This document shows, in pieces, positions 9,233 through 19,651 of a stretch of 63,105 nucleotides of DNA (positions within the stretch are counted from its first letter, which is position 1; every line of letters starts with the position of its first letter). The stretch lies in the NCBI GenBank assembly GCA_947456185.1, contig CANGPW010000003.1, positions 1 through 63,105 of the forward strand, in the 5' to 3' direction. The DNA is from Bacteroidota bacterium. Lineage in GTDB: Bacteria > Bacteroidota > Bacteroidia > UKL13-3. The notes under the pieces were generated by a model that was given only the letters and a program-made list of their open reading frames with translations, did not search any database and had not been told where the DNA came from. Made by a program: the position numbers and the translations under genes.

Positions 9233-10915
9233 TTAAAAATTAGTTTGTAAAGTAACTCTAACTCCACTAAATGCTGGTTCTACACGACAAACACCACCTG
9301 TACAATTTACACCTTCTACCTGCTTGATATAGCCAGCGGTCATGCGAGTTGTTTTGTAAGTATAGCTTCCAAATATGTTCCAATAATGTACTAAATCAGA
9401 ACCTTGACTTGCATCACGAACAACTCTATCTACATTTACCATATCGCCCACACTGAATGAATAATGCGGTGCAATGTTTAACTCCACAGTTCCATTTACA
9501 AAACTGCCTAAATCTTGTTTGGTTTGTAAATATTGAGCTTCCACTCTTAATGAACGTGTAGGTGTTATTTTATAAGTCATTTCCCCAAAATATGTTTTGG
9601 CAGTTACATATTCATATAGTTTTGATTTAAGCTCAAATAATTGTTGGTTGTAGTTAATGTATTGAAAACCTAGCATGGCTTTAAACTTTTTATTGAATTT
9701 ATGCGATATATCAATATAATGTTCTCTAAAATAACGTGCGGTGTCAGTATCAAAATTTAGTGGATTTAGTCGAGCAGCATCAAAATTATCTTTACCTACC
9801 ACTATACTTGTATTGATATTGATGGTAGTTTGATGCTTTTTAAAATAAGCTGCTTGCGGCTTGATGGTAAATTCCATTCCTAAAGCATTTTCACCCAATT
9901 CCTGAACTACTGCATTGTACCTTGCTAATAATCGATACACATTTTGACGTGTTAAACTTGGTAAATAAGCAATCATTCCTAAGTTTAAATTTTCTAGGGG
10001 AGAAGTCCGTAAGGAGAAGCTTTCAATACGTTTGTATTGTGCGTTAATACCTAGACCTTTGGTTGAATAAGATAAACTGGTATAATAAACTCGTCCATCT
10101 TTTAACTCCATTCTATCTAAAATTGGATTAAAAATAGTTTCAGCGCTTTTTTGACAATATTCAGTATACAAACTAAATTTTTTATAGCTCAAAGTATTAT
10201 AAACATTGCCTAAAAACACATTGTATTTTGGAACAAACCTATCTTTCAATTCATAATTATTGATGGCACCAACAATATTATTCATGGTGTTTTGGTCAAT
10301 GGTTCTATTTACTCCACTTGCACCTATTTGAGTATTTAAGTTTTCATTGAATTCAATTCGGTGTTCAATATTTATTCCTTTTATAACTTCCGGACGAACA
10401 TCAAATCTGAATTTTTGTAAGCCTGTAAATGCTTTTATAACCGTATTTTCTGTTGGGGTATAAATTATTCTTGCGCCATTTATTGCAAAGTCTAATCCAA
10501 GATTTCTATCTTCAAAAGCCCTAAAAACCATTCCTGTTCCAAATTGATCATAAAAATAACCAACTGTAATATTGAATTTATCAATGTCTTTACTTAAGTT
10601 CCAAATTCCAATTCCGCTTTGTGTAAATGCTAATTGTGGATCAAAAAGTGGAGAGTTATTAAACATGTCATAACGCACATTGAATTTATATCCTTTTAAT
10701 TTATAGCTTAAATATAACCATGCATCCGCACTTGAAAGTTCACGTTTGTATTGTGTAGTATTGGTGCCAATTTTTGGGTCATTTACATAAAATTGATTGG
10801 TGTTTTGAAAGTTGCCAGAAAACTCTCCATTGTCTTTTTTTAAATCACTTTCTTGTGCGCTTAAATAGGTAAGGCAAGCCAAGGAAGTATAAAGGGTAAA
10901 AATAATTTTCTTCAT
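9233..10915 (-). CDS. DUF6029-family outer-membrane beta-barrel protein
   Basis: Signal peptide MKKIIF; C-terminal GVNCTGGVCRVEPAFSG...TNF. Start placed at 10915 because the ORF-track extension reads through a REP element. Confidence 0.75.
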   Translation of the reverse strand: MKKIIFTLYTSLACLTYLSAQESDLKKDNGEFSGNFQNTNQFYVNDPKIGTNTTQYKRELSSADAWLYLSYKLKGYKFNVRYDMFNNSPLFDPQLAFTQSGIGIWNLSKDIDKFNITVGYFYDQFGTGMVFRAFEDRNLGLDFAINGARIIYTPTENTVIKAFTGLQKFRFDVRPEVIKGINIEHRIEFNENLNTQIGASGVNRTIDQNTMNNIVGAINNYELKDRFVPKYNVFLGNVYNTLSYKKFSLYTEYCQKSAETIFNPILDRMELKDGRVYYTSLSYSTKGLGINAQYKRIESFSLRTSPLENLNLGMIAYLPSLTRQNVYRLLARYNAVVQELGENALGMEFTIKPQAAYFKKHQTTININTSIVVGKDNFDAARLNPLNFDTDTARYFREHYIDISHKFNKKFKAMLGFQYINYNQQLFELKSKLYEYVTAKTYFGEMTYKITPTRSLRVEAQYLQTKQDLGSFVNGTVELNIAPHYSFSVGDMVNVDRVVRDASQGSDLVHYWNIFGSYTYKTTRMTAGYIKQVEGVNCTGGVCRVEPAFSGVRVTLQTNF

Positions 10916-10958
10916 TCGTTCGCAATTTATAATTAAGCAGCAATATAAAAAATTAGAT

Positions 10959-10995
10959 TTTGAATGTTGCCCTTCGACTCCGCTCAGGGTGACAA
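10959..10995 (-). repeat. REP-like element, inverted copy of 1184-1220
   Basis: Reverse complement TTGTCACCCTGAGCGGAGTCGAAGGGCAACATTCAAA. Confidence 0.85.
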
Positions 10996-11064
10996 TAATT
11001 TTTAAATCATTAAATTCCGTTGGATAAAGCACAACGGCTATTCATTGTTAGTATTTCACTTTTT

Positions 11065-11160
11065 GAATTTCGTTCCAATTCATTGGAATTTTTTTTTGAA
11101 TTTACTTATCAATTCATCCAACATTTAATCCCGATTTATCGGGACAAAATCCAACATTTT
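11065..11160. repeat. Heptamer arrays carrying two 16-nt mini-hairpins after the uvrB stop
   Basis: GAATTTC-G-TTCCAATTCATTGGAA-TT on the + strand. On the - strand: AAATGTT GGATTTT-G-TCCCGATAAATCGGGA-TT-AAATGTT GGATGAA. Confidence 0.75.
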
Positions 11161-13194
11161 CTACGCAATTTCTTCCATTTTCTTCTGTAAAGCAAACATC
11201 TCATCTCTTAAACGAGCAGCTTCCATAAAGTCCATATCCTTGGCAGCTTTTTGCATCCGTTTTTGAGTTTCGCCAATCATTTTTTCTAATTTTGGTTTAC
11301 TTAAATATTCTAAAATTGGATCAGCGGCTAAGTTCAATTCTGTAGGCTCTATATAAGCTTTTGCTTCAGGTGCAAATATTTGTTTTGCATCTGCCATGCT
11401 AGTTTGTTTTAGAATTTCCTCACGCGTTCGTTTAATAGTTTTAGGCGTTATGCTATGCAATGTATTATAAGCTATTTGTTTTTCACGTCTTCTATCCGTT
11501 TCATCAATGGTACGTTGCATGCTAGCAGTCATTCTATCGGCATACATAATTACTTTGCCTCTTTCGTTTCTTGCAGCTCTTCCTATGGTTTGTGTCAATG
11601 ATTTATCATTGCGTAAAAATCCTTCTTTATCTGCATCCATAATGGCTACCAAACTTACTTCCGGTAAATCTAATCCTTCGCGCAATAAATTTACGCCAAT
11701 TAATACATCAAAAACGCCTAATCGCAAATCTCTTAATATTTCTACTCGATCTAAAGTTTTTACCTCACTGTGAATATATCGGCATTTAATGTTAAGCTTG
11801 CCCATGTATTTACTTAACTCTTCCGCCATACGTTTGGTTAAAGTGGTTACCAATATTCGGTCACCCATTTTGATGCGTTCATCTATTTCATCTAGTAAAT
11901 CATCTACTTGATTTAAACTTGGACGCACTTCTATGGTTGGGTCAATTAATCCTGTTGGTCTAATAATTTGTTCCACTACCACCCCTTCCGTTTTTCTAAT
12001 TTCATAATCAGCAGGCGTAGCACTTACATAAATAGTTTGACCAATCATGTTTTCAAATTCATTGAATTGAAGCGGTCTGTTATCCATTGCCGATGGCAAC
12101 CTGAAACCATATTCTACTAAGTTTTCTTTACGGCTTCTATCGCCTCCATACATGGCTCGCACTTGCGGAATACTCACATGACTTTCGTCTACCATGAGTA
12201 CAAAATCTTTTGGAAAATAATCTAAAATGCAGAAAGGCCTGTCACCAGGTTTGCGTTTATCCATGTATCTGCTATAGTTTTCTATGCCGCTGCAATAACC
12301 TAACTCGCGCATCATTTCTAAATCAAAATTGGTGCGTTCTTCCAAACGTTTTGCTTCTATGTGTTTTCCAATAGATTTAAAATATTCAATTTGCGCTACC
12401 AAGTCATCTTGAATATCGCGCATGGCTTCATGCAATTGTTCTTTTGGAGTAACATAAATATTAGCTGGAAAAATGGCACAATCTTGCACCGATTCTTGTT
12501 TTTTTCCACTGATGGGGTCAATGATATCAATGCTTTCAATTTCATTTCCAAAAAATGAAATGCGAAAAGCAAAATCTGCATAAGCAGGAAAAACATCTAA
12601 CACATCACCTTTTACCCTAAAATTTCCTCTGTTAAAATCTGCAGTTGTTCTGCTATACAACGAATCAACTAAGGCATATAAAACAGTATTTCTAACAATG
12701 CTTTGCCCTACGTGCAATCTTACAACACTGCTTTCATAATCTTTCGGATTTCCTGCACCATAAATGCAACTAACGGAAGCAATTACCAATACATCTCTTC
12801 GGCCAGATATTAAAGCTGAAGTAGTAGAAAGTCTCATTTTTTCTATCTCTTCATTAATGGCCATGTCTTTTTCTATATAAGTATTGCTAGACGGAATAAA
12901 TGCTTCGGGCTGATAATAATCGTAATAAGAAACAAAATATTCGATTCTGTTCTCAGGGAAAAACTGTTTGAATTCACTGTAAAGCTGCGCCACCAAAGTT
13001 TTATTATGACTTAAAATTAAAGTAGGCCTTTGCACTTGTGCAATCACATTGGCCATGGTAAAAGTTTTACCACTTCCTGTAACTCCCAATAATACTTGAC
13101 TCTTATCGCCTCTGTTCAATCCTTCTACCAATGATTTGATAGCACTTGGTTGATCGCCAGTTGGCACATACTCGCTTGTTAACTTAAATTCCAC
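11161..13194 (-). CDS. uvrB: Excinuclease ABC subunit B
   Basis: GVTGSGKT, YYDYYQPEA, DESH, GRAARN and a C-terminal UVR domain; GTG start. Confidence 0.98.
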   Translation of the reverse strand: MEFKLTSEYVPTGDQPSAIKSLVEGLNRGDKSQVLLGVTGSGKTFTMANVIAQVQRPTLILSHNKTLVAQLYSEFKQFFPENRIEYFVSYYDYYQPEAFIPSSNTYIEKDMAINEEIEKMRLSTTSALISGRRDVLVIASVSCIYGAGNPKDYESSVVRLHVGQSIVRNTVLYALVDSLYSRTTADFNRGNFRVKGDVLDVFPAYADFAFRISFFGNEIESIDIIDPISGKKQESVQDCAIFPANIYVTPKEQLHEAMRDIQDDLVAQIEYFKSIGKHIEAKRLEERTNFDLEMMRELGYCSGIENYSRYMDKRKPGDRPFCILDYFPKDFVLMVDESHVSIPQVRAMYGGDRSRKENLVEYGFRLPSAMDNRPLQFNEFENMIGQTIYVSATPADYEIRKTEGVVVEQIIRPTGLIDPTIEVRPSLNQVDDLLDEIDERIKMGDRILVTTLTKRMAEELSKYMGKLNIKCRYIHSEVKTLDRVEILRDLRLGVFDVLIGVNLLREGLDLPEVSLVAIMDADKEGFLRNDKSLTQTIGRAARNERGKVIMYADRMTASMQRTIDETDRRREKQIAYNTLHSITPKTIKRTREEILKQTSMADAKQIFAPEAKAYIEPTELNLAADPILEYLSKPKLEKMIGETQKRMQKAAKDMDFMEAARLRDEMFALQKKMEEIA

Positions 13195-13198
13195 GCTG

Positions 13199-13206
13199 CG
13201 AATTTA
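13199..13206 (-). promoter_or_regulatory. -7 promoter-like element (TAAATTCG) 4 nt upstream of the uvrB GTG
   Basis: Same CAGC spacer as ccmC. Confidence 0.45.
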
Positions 13207-13246
13207 TGGTATTTTAGTGGTTGAAAAATGTAAACGTTTTATAAAA

Positions 13247-13276
13247 AAAAGGAGCAAGTTTTAATTTGCTCCTTTT
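13247..13276 (-). terminator. Intrinsic terminator after the TlpA gene
   Basis: AAAAGGAGCAA-N8-TTGCTCCTTTT with a U-tract on the minus strand. Confidence 0.75.
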
Positions 13277-13295
13277 AAATTTTTTATCAATAAAA

Positions 13296-13793
13296 TTATT
13301 TAGCCAATGCTTTGATTTTTTCTTCTAAAGTAAATTCATCACCTTCTAAATAACCTGTATGACTATAAACAACGTTTCCTGTTTTATCAATTAAAAAAGT
13401 GTGTGGAGGATTGATTACATTCATAGCGCGCATCAAATCACTATTAACATCCAATAAAATATCAAATGGCCAAGCTTGACCATCCACATATGGTTTTACT
13501 TTCATTACATTTCTAGCATTATCAATGGTAACAGCTACCACAATAATGTCGTATTTGCTTTTCCATTCTTCGTAAAGTTCATTAATATTATTCAATTCTT
13601 TTTTACAAGGTGTACACCAAGTAGCCCAAAAACTTACAACGACAATTTTGCCTTTTTTAGAATAATCACCAACATTTACTAATTTACCGTTTATATCTTT
13701 TAAATTTATATCAGGCAAGGTTTGTTTTTGTGCTTGCGCAAAAATTTGAGAATAGGCAAAAAGTGTTAATAGAGTGAAAATTAATTTTTTCAT
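13296..13793 (-). CDS. TlpA-family thiol-disulfide oxidoreductase
   Basis: SFWATWCTPC motif; signal peptide from MKKLIF (start 13793; ORF track 13856). Confidence 0.9.
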   Translation of the reverse strand: MKKLIFTLLTLFAYSQIFAQAQKQTLPDINLKDINGKLVNVGDYSKKGKIVVVSFWATWCTPCKKELNNINELYEEWKSKYDIIVVAVTIDNARNVMKVKPYVDGQAWPFDILLDVNSDLMRAMNVINPPHTFLIDKTGNVVYSHTGYLEGDEFTLEEKIKALAK

Positions 13794-13943
13794 GATGGCT
13801 AGGTTTTGGATTTGTAAAATAAATTTATAATTATCACTTATCAAAATTATTACCAAAAAATATTTTTAAATTTTTTATCAAATTCAAATAGCAACTTTGG
13901 CAAGCATTTTGTAATGTTGAAGAAAATTAAATTAAAACATTTT

Positions 13944-14528
13944 ATGAAAAAAACATTAATTGTATTGAGTACCATAGGAGTTTTATTGAGCTCAAGCTGT
14001 GGAAACAGAAAAATTGATAGAGTAGATCCAAACTTAGCAACAGATATTAGTGGGCGCTGGAACGATACTGATAGTAAATTGGTAGCTGAAGAGATGACAA
14101 AAGATGTGTTAACAAAACCATGGATTGGTAGCTTTGAAAAGACATCTAATCGCAAGCCAGTTATAATTATAGGCAGTGTTCGAAATAAAACGAGTGAGTA
14201 CATTGATGCAACAGGATTTATTAAAAATATGGAAGTCGCATTTATTAATGAAGGAAGAGTAAGTGTGGTTCAAAGTGCGGATGAACGTAATCAAGTTCGC
14301 GATGAACGTAACGACCAACAAACTTTTACTAGTGAGGAAACTAAAAAGAAATGGGGTAAAGAAAAAGGTGCTGATTTTATGATGAATGGAGTAATTGTGT
14401 CAATTACCGATGAATATAAAAACCGCAAGTCAGTTGCCTATCAAGTAAACTTAGAATTAACCGATTTAGAAACTAACGAGAAAGTTTGGATTGGCCAAAA
14501 ACAAATTAAGAAATTAATTAAAAACTAA
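13944..14528 (+). CDS. lpoB: Penicillin-binding protein activator LpoB-like lipoprotein
   Basis: Lipobox SSSC; GRWNDTDSKLVA, NKTSEYID, GADFMMNG and LELTDLETNEKVW motifs. Confidence 0.75.
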   Translation: MKKTLIVLSTIGVLLSSSCGNRKIDRVDPNLATDISGRWNDTDSKLVAEEMTKDVLTKPWIGSFEKTSNRKPVIIIGSVRNKTSEYIDATGFIKNMEVAFINEGRVSVVQSADERNQVRDERNDQQTFTSEETKKKWGKEKGADFMMNGVIVSITDEYKNRKSVAYQVNLELTDLETNEKVWIGQKQIKKLIKN

Positions 14529-14548
14529 ATTTCTAAAACAAATAAAAA

Positions 14549-14572
14549 GCCTACTAAACAAGTAGGCCTTTT
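14549..14572 (+). terminator. Putative terminator between lpoB and the next gene
   Basis: GCCTACT-AAACA-AGTAGGC followed by CTTTT. Confidence 0.55.
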
Positions 14573-14603
14573 ATTTAAAATTCTTCATTTTTAAAATATT
14601 TCA

Positions 14604-16025
14604 TTGATCAAAAATAAAGCATACATATTATTGCTATTTGCCTTAACTATGCTGAGTGCATGTGCTACTTTTTACCAAAAGCAAGCAGATGTTATGGATG
14701 CTGTTTATAATGGGAATATCAATAGAGCAGAAGCATTAATGAACGATGCAAGGTGGCATAAACCTAAAAGAAACAGATTACTTTTTTACTTAAATAAAGG
14801 AACTATTTTATGGATGAATGGAAAAAATATTGAAAGCAATCAATATTTTTTAAAAGCCGATTTATTTGTAGAAGATTATAGAAAAAACTATGTTACAGAA
14901 TTGGCAAGTGTTCTTATCAACCCAAATTATAATACCTACATCGGTGAATCATTTGAACAAATATTGCTACATTATTATGCAACCATCAATTTTGTTCAAT
15001 TAGGTGATTTGGATAATGCTTTGGTGGCTTGTAAAAGAATGATTGCCACAAGCCAAAAAATAAATGATTATTTAGAAAATAAAAACAAATATAGACGTGA
15101 TGCTTTTGCTCATAATTTATTAGGAATGATATATGATGCGCAAGGTGATTATAACAATGCTTTTATTGCTTATAGAAATTCACTCAATATTTATAAAGAA
15201 GATTATAAGCCACTGTTAGGAACTGAAATTCCATTACAACTAAAAAAAGATATTTTACGAACTGCCAAAACCATTTACTTTATCGATGAAGTAGAAAAAT
15301 ATGAAGCTGAGTTTAATTTAAAAGCTGAACTTTTACCTGAAGGTTATGCTCCTTTAGTGTTTTTTTGGAACAACGGACTTGGTCCTGTAAAAGATGAAAA
15401 TTCTGTCAACTTTGTTACTTATCCTTCGCAAAATGGATATGTAAATTTTGTAAATGTGGAGCTAGGTTTAAATTTTCCTATATATGTTGGAAATGAAGAA
15501 GACAGAAAAAAAGTTACAGCTTTAAATATTGTAAGAGTTGCTTGGCCCAAATATGTAACTCGAGTTCCAACTTATAAAAATGCAGTTTTAAAAGACAGTT
15601 TAAACAATGTATTTAAATTGGATGTAGGAGAAGACATTAACGCAATTGCATTCAAAAGTTTAGACGATAGAATGTTAAAAGAAATTGGCGAAGCCATTTT
15701 ACGATTTGCGTTGAAGCAAGCAGCTGTTGCCTTAGCAAAAAAAGAAAATGAAGGTGCAGGCGCGGCCTTAAGTATTTTAAGTGCGGCCTCAGAAAAAGCA
15801 GATACCCGCAATTGGCAATTTTTACCTTATTCTATAAATTATACTCGTGCTTATTTACCAATTGGCAAGCAAAATATTGTGCTTGAAACTTCTTCAAACG
15901 ACAGTATTGAAAAGAATAATTTCTTTGTAAATATAGAAAAAGGGAAAACCAATTTTCAAGCATTTCAAACTTTACAATTTGATGGTTTTGCCGATAAATA
16001 TGGCAATAGAATCAATTTGTATTGA
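14604..16025 (+). CDS. COG3014-like TPR lipoprotein
   Basis: Lipobox LSAC; helical N-terminus; YIGESFE and ADTRNWQFLP motifs; adjacent to lpoB. Confidence 0.7.
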   Translation: MIKNKAYILLLFALTMLSACATFYQKQADVMDAVYNGNINRAEALMNDARWHKPKRNRLLFYLNKGTILWMNGKNIESNQYFLKADLFVEDYRKNYVTELASVLINPNYNTYIGESFEQILLHYYATINFVQLGDLDNALVACKRMIATSQKINDYLENKNKYRRDAFAHNLLGMIYDAQGDYNNAFIAYRNSLNIYKEDYKPLLGTEIPLQLKKDILRTAKTIYFIDEVEKYEAEFNLKAELLPEGYAPLVFFWNNGLGPVKDENSVNFVTYPSQNGYVNFVNVELGLNFPIYVGNEEDRKKVTALNIVRVAWPKYVTRVPTYKNAVLKDSLNNVFKLDVGEDINAIAFKSLDDRMLKEIGEAILRFALKQAAVALAKKENEGAGAALSILSAASEKADTRNWQFLPYSINYTRAYLPIGKQNIVLETSSNDSIEKNNFFVNIEKGKTNFQAFQTLQFDGFADKYGNRINLY

Positions 16026-16026
16026 T

Positions 16027-16102
16027 AAACAATAGACCATAGTAAAAAACTTTTGACTTTGGTTCATAAACCTACAACAATCGTCTATGGACTATCTATT
16101 AT
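16027..16102. repeat. Facing heptamer arrays between convergent genes; one overlaps the tcdA stop
   Basis: AAACAAT AGACCAT AG on the left; CAACAAT CGTCTAT GGACTAT CTATTAT on the right; ATAGACCATAG / CTATGGACTAT pair at 10/11. Confidence 0.5.
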
Positions 16103-16823
16103 ATAAATCTCTAATACAAACACTGGCAACCGTACAACCAAATACCGTTGGCATATAACTGATAGTTCCCACCACCGATTTTTTGCGCATGTCTTCTGGT
16201 GTTTCTACCACTTTAAATTCTGGCATTCTTTGTTCATCACTAAACACCGCTTTTACGCCTTTGTAAACACCCAATCGGTGTAAATATTTGCGAACATATT
16301 TTGCTAAATGGCAATTATAAGTAGCTGAAATATCTGCAACTCTTAACCTTGTAGGATCTACTTTAGAGCCAGCACCCATTGAACTTACAATAGGAATTCC
16401 TCTGTCGATACAAGCTTTTATAAAATATACTTTTGGAGAAAGCGTATCAATACAATCTACTGCATAATCAAAATGATTGTTGTTCAATACTTCTTCAGTT
16501 ATTTGATCTCGGAAGTAAACAGGTAAAATTTGCAATTCTAAATCAGGATTGATGTCTAATAAACGTTCCCCTAAAACTTGCGCTTTTATTTTATTTTCAG
16601 TACTTTTTAAAGCTACCAATTGTCTGTTTCTGTTAGTTGGATCTACGTTATCAGCATCTACAATGGTCATTTTTCCAACTCCAGCGCGGGCTATCATTTC
16701 GGCAGCTATTCCACCAACACCACCTAAACCAACTACCAATACATTTGAATTAACTAATGTTTTTAATTTATCGGGACCTAGTAATAACTCGGTGCGGCCC
16801 ATCCATGGTTGTACTTCTTTCAT
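16092..16823 (-). CDS. tcdA: tRNA threonylcarbamoyladenosine dehydratase (ThiF family)
   Basis: VVGLGGVGG, D...TNRNRQ, SSMGAG and GTISYMPTVFG motifs. Confidence 0.88.
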   Translation of the reverse strand: MKEVQPWMGRTELLLGPDKLKTLVNSNVLVVGLGGVGGIAAEMIARAGVGKMTIVDADNVDPTNRNRQLVALKSTENKIKAQVLGERLLDINPDLELQILPVYFRDQITEEVLNNNHFDYAVDCIDTLSPKVYFIKACIDRGIPIVSSMGAGSKVDPTRLRVADISATYNCHLAKYVRKYLHRLGVYKGVKAVFSDEQRMPEFKVVETPEDMRKKSVVGTISYMPTVFGCTVASVCIRDLYNR

Positions 16824-16831
16824 TTATATTT

Positions 16832-17482
16832 TTATTTAAAAAGGTTGGCAAAGTTATTAAAGATTTGATTTTTTAAAACTGTTTCTTCAATTTCTAAAAT
16901 TTGCGCTGCCTTTTGGTATATTTCACTGATTAAATATTTGCTTGTATCGGTTTCTAAAAACAAGTGATTTAAAGGAATTTTCCCAATTACTAAACTTGCA
17001 TTCATTGTTGGGTTAAATAAATATTTCCCAACACTAAAATAAACATTTTTAAAATTTAAAAGCATTTGTAATGTTTCATCATTTCCCGAAAAACCATGTA
17101 ACACAAACTTTACATTTTGATAATGCTTTGCTATGGCAGCAAAATCGGAATAAGCTTTAACACAGTGAACAATTACTGGTAAATGAAACTGAAGCGCTAA
17201 ATCAATTTGCTGATGAAAAGTTTTTACTTGTAATTCAATGGGCGTTTGAATTGCTCTATCTAATCCACACTCGCCAATGGCAATTATTTGAGAATGGCTT
17301 TTTTTAATTTTTGCTAAAGCCCAATCAATATTGGTTTTGTGAACATGCCAAGGATGTAATCCTAAGGAAACTGGATAATCAATTTTGCTAAAATCAATGG
17401 TTTTTAAAAAGCCATTTCTGATGGCAATTTCACCTATTACTCTTGGCTTTCGATGTGTATGTAAATTAATGTATTGGCTCAA
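16832..17482 (-). CDS. TatD-family hydrolase
   Basis: NLHTH, GLHPW, IGECGLD, VHCVKA, LHGF and FLETD motifs. Confidence 0.9.
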   Translation of the reverse strand: MSQYINLHTHRKPRVIGEIAIRNGFLKTIDFSKIDYPVSLGLHPWHVHKTNIDWALAKIKKSHSQIIAIGECGLDRAIQTPIELQVKTFHQQIDLALQFHLPVIVHCVKAYSDFAAIAKHYQNVKFVLHGFSGNDETLQMLLNFKNVYFSVGKYLFNPTMNASLVIGKIPLNHLFLETDTSKYLISEIYQKAAQILEIEETVLKNQIFNNFANLFK

Positions 17483-17485
17483 TAA

Positions 17486-18988
17486 TTATTTCCTATCAAA
17501 TTTATAAATATAATAGGTTTGGTTTTCGTTACCAAAAGGATTGATCCAATGCATGAATCTATCTAAAAAACTTGGATCTATGGTGGCTAAATATTCTACT
17601 TTTCCAAAGTTTTTTATACATGGAGCTAACCTTGAAACTAACTTTTCTGCTTCGCCAACTATTAAGTAATTAGGTAAATCAATGTTCGATTTTTTTAAGT
17701 TATTATATAAATTTTCAGCAGGATCCTCTTTGGTTACATTATAATAGTTTACCCATTTTTGTAAGTAATACCTTGGCATAAGCACCGTTCCAGAATTGCT
17801 TGTTTCAAAAATAAATGAGTTTACATCTGTTTTGTGCGAAAGGTAATTCATGGCATTAACCCTACTAATTTTGGTAGACGAAGGAGTTAAAACTATCAAT
17901 ACAATGGTATTTAAAACCCAAAAGAATTTCCAACTATTATCTACAATTTTTTTGTGTTTAATTAAGTAAGCATTCTTTTCTTTTATTTCATTCCAAGTAA
18001 TTAAACCCGCCATAATAATGAACGGAACTACAGGCATTATAAAACGTTCTTGTTTGTTTGGAAATGCAGAATGAAATACAAAAAACAACAATGCAGGAAG
18101 AAATATTATTAAGTGTTTGCGCCAGCTTAAAGCAAAGCCATACATAATAAATAAACTTACAGGAGGAATTATAATACCACCAATCAATAACAAATAATTA
18201 TACCAATTTCCTACTATATAATTATAAGCATTGTCTACGTTATAAACCGAATAAGCCATGAATTCGGCTAATGGTTTGCCCCAAATATACATGTCGACAC
18301 TAACTTGAAAAACAAGTATAGAAAGGATTACACCAATGCCATAAAAGAATGCATTTTTAAACTTATATTGAATCCAAACCACAATGCCTAAACCAGCTAT
18401 AAAAGTAGAAGTTTGGAAGCGAATAGAAAATGCTAAGCCAGCAATAAAGCCAGCAAACAAAAATTGTAATACAGCTTTCTTATCATTGTTTACTATTAAC
18501 CAAGTGCCATAAATTAAAGGTGGAATACAAACCATTTCTACTAAATTTCTTACACTTAGCATAGGAATAAACCATAGCAAAGCACACATCCAGGCTACAG
18601 AAATTGCATTGGTAATATTGCTTAATTTTTCTGTAATTTTAAAAGCATATTTTACTACTATTAATGAAAGTAATGCGTGTAATAAACGTAAAATTAGCAT
18701 TTTGGAGTTTGGTTCGGTAATACCAATAAACGCTAATATTTTAAAAATATAATAATGAATTCCTGTGTATAGTAACACATGTCCGGTAGCAGCTGCATTA
18801 GGGTTTGTAGGTCCGGGTAACCATTGGCTATCATCTCGTCCATCTAACCAGCTTTGAGCTACTTCTACAATTAGAAAATGGTCATCGCTCATGCCATAAC
18901 CTTGGCTAAAAATAACTGCTACTAACCTTACTAAAAATGCCATAATTAGAATGGCATTCAAGGGATTTTCTTGGTAATATTTTTTCAT
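17486..18988 (-). CDS. GT-C fold integral membrane glycosyltransferase (mannosyltransferase-like)
   Basis: DDHF motif in the first loop, about 10 TM helices, HS..PNKQERF motif resembling Alg9/PIG-B. Confidence 0.7.
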   Translation of the reverse strand: MKKYYQENPLNAILIMAFLVRLVAVIFSQGYGMSDDHFLIVEVAQSWLDGRDDSQWLPGPTNPNAAATGHVLLYTGIHYYIFKILAFIGITEPNSKMLILRLLHALLSLIVVKYAFKITEKLSNITNAISVAWMCALLWFIPMLSVRNLVEMVCIPPLIYGTWLIVNNDKKAVLQFLFAGFIAGLAFSIRFQTSTFIAGLGIVVWIQYKFKNAFFYGIGVILSILVFQVSVDMYIWGKPLAEFMAYSVYNVDNAYNYIVGNWYNYLLLIGGIIIPPVSLFIMYGFALSWRKHLIIFLPALLFFVFHSAFPNKQERFIMPVVPFIIMAGLITWNEIKEKNAYLIKHKKIVDNSWKFFWVLNTIVLIVLTPSSTKISRVNAMNYLSHKTDVNSFIFETSNSGTVLMPRYYLQKWVNYYNVTKEDPAENLYNNLKKSNIDLPNYLIVGEAEKLVSRLAPCIKNFGKVEYLATIDPSFLDRFMHWINPFGNENQTYYIYKFDRK

Positions 18989-18997
18989 TTGTAATAA

Positions 18998-19651
18998 TTA
19001 AATATTCATTTCAAAAACGTGATTGGAAATAATCAAACGGCCTTCAGTTTTCGATTTTATATAATCTATTGAAACACCGGGCGCGTATTCCAATAATTCA
19101 AAGCCTTGATCTGTAATATTAAATACACCTAACTCCGTTACTACTTTTTTTACACAAGCTAAGCCAGTAATTGGAAGTGAACATTGCTTGAGTAATTTTG
19201 ATTCTCCAGCTTTATTAACATGTTGCATGGCAACAATAATATTTTTTGCCGATGCTACTAAATCCATGGCACCGCCCATACCTTTTACCATTTTACCCGG
19301 AATTTTCCAATTAGCTATGTCGCCATTATCGGCTACTTCCATAGCACCTAAAACGGTTAAGTCTACTCTTCCGCTTCTAATCATTCCAAAGCTCATGGCA
19401 CTGTCAAAAAAGCTGCTGCCTTTGGTAGTAGTTACCGTTTGCTTACCTGCATTAATTAAGTCAGCGTCTACTTGATCTTCAAACGGGTATGGTCCAATTC
19501 CTAATAATCCATTTTCTGATTGTAGAATTACTTCAATGCTTTCAGGAACATAATTAGCCACTAAAGTAGGAATTCCAATTCCTAAATTTACATAATATCC
19601 ATCTTGCAATTCTTTTGCAATGCGTTTTGCAATTCCAAATTTATCTAACAT
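18998..19651 (-). CDS. scoB: 3-oxoacid CoA-transferase subunit B
   Basis: NLGIGIPT, LQSENG (catalytic Glu) and GMGGAMDL motifs. Confidence 0.92.
   Translation of the reverse strand: MLDKFGIAKRIAKELQDGYYVNLGIGIPTLVANYVPESIEVILQSENGLLGIGPYPFEDQVDADLINAGKQTVTTTKGSSFFDSAMSFGMIRSGRVDLTVLGAMEVADNGDIANWKIPGKMVKGMGGAMDLVASAKNIIVAMQHVNKAGESKLLKQCSLPITGLACVKKVVTELGVFNITDQGFELLEYAPGVSIDYIKSKTEGRLIISNHVFEMNI

Noticed and set aside
10916-11032. 39-aa N-terminal extension of the DUF6029 ORF
   Set aside because: It reads through a REP element (VTLSGVEG), and the signal peptide starts at 10915.
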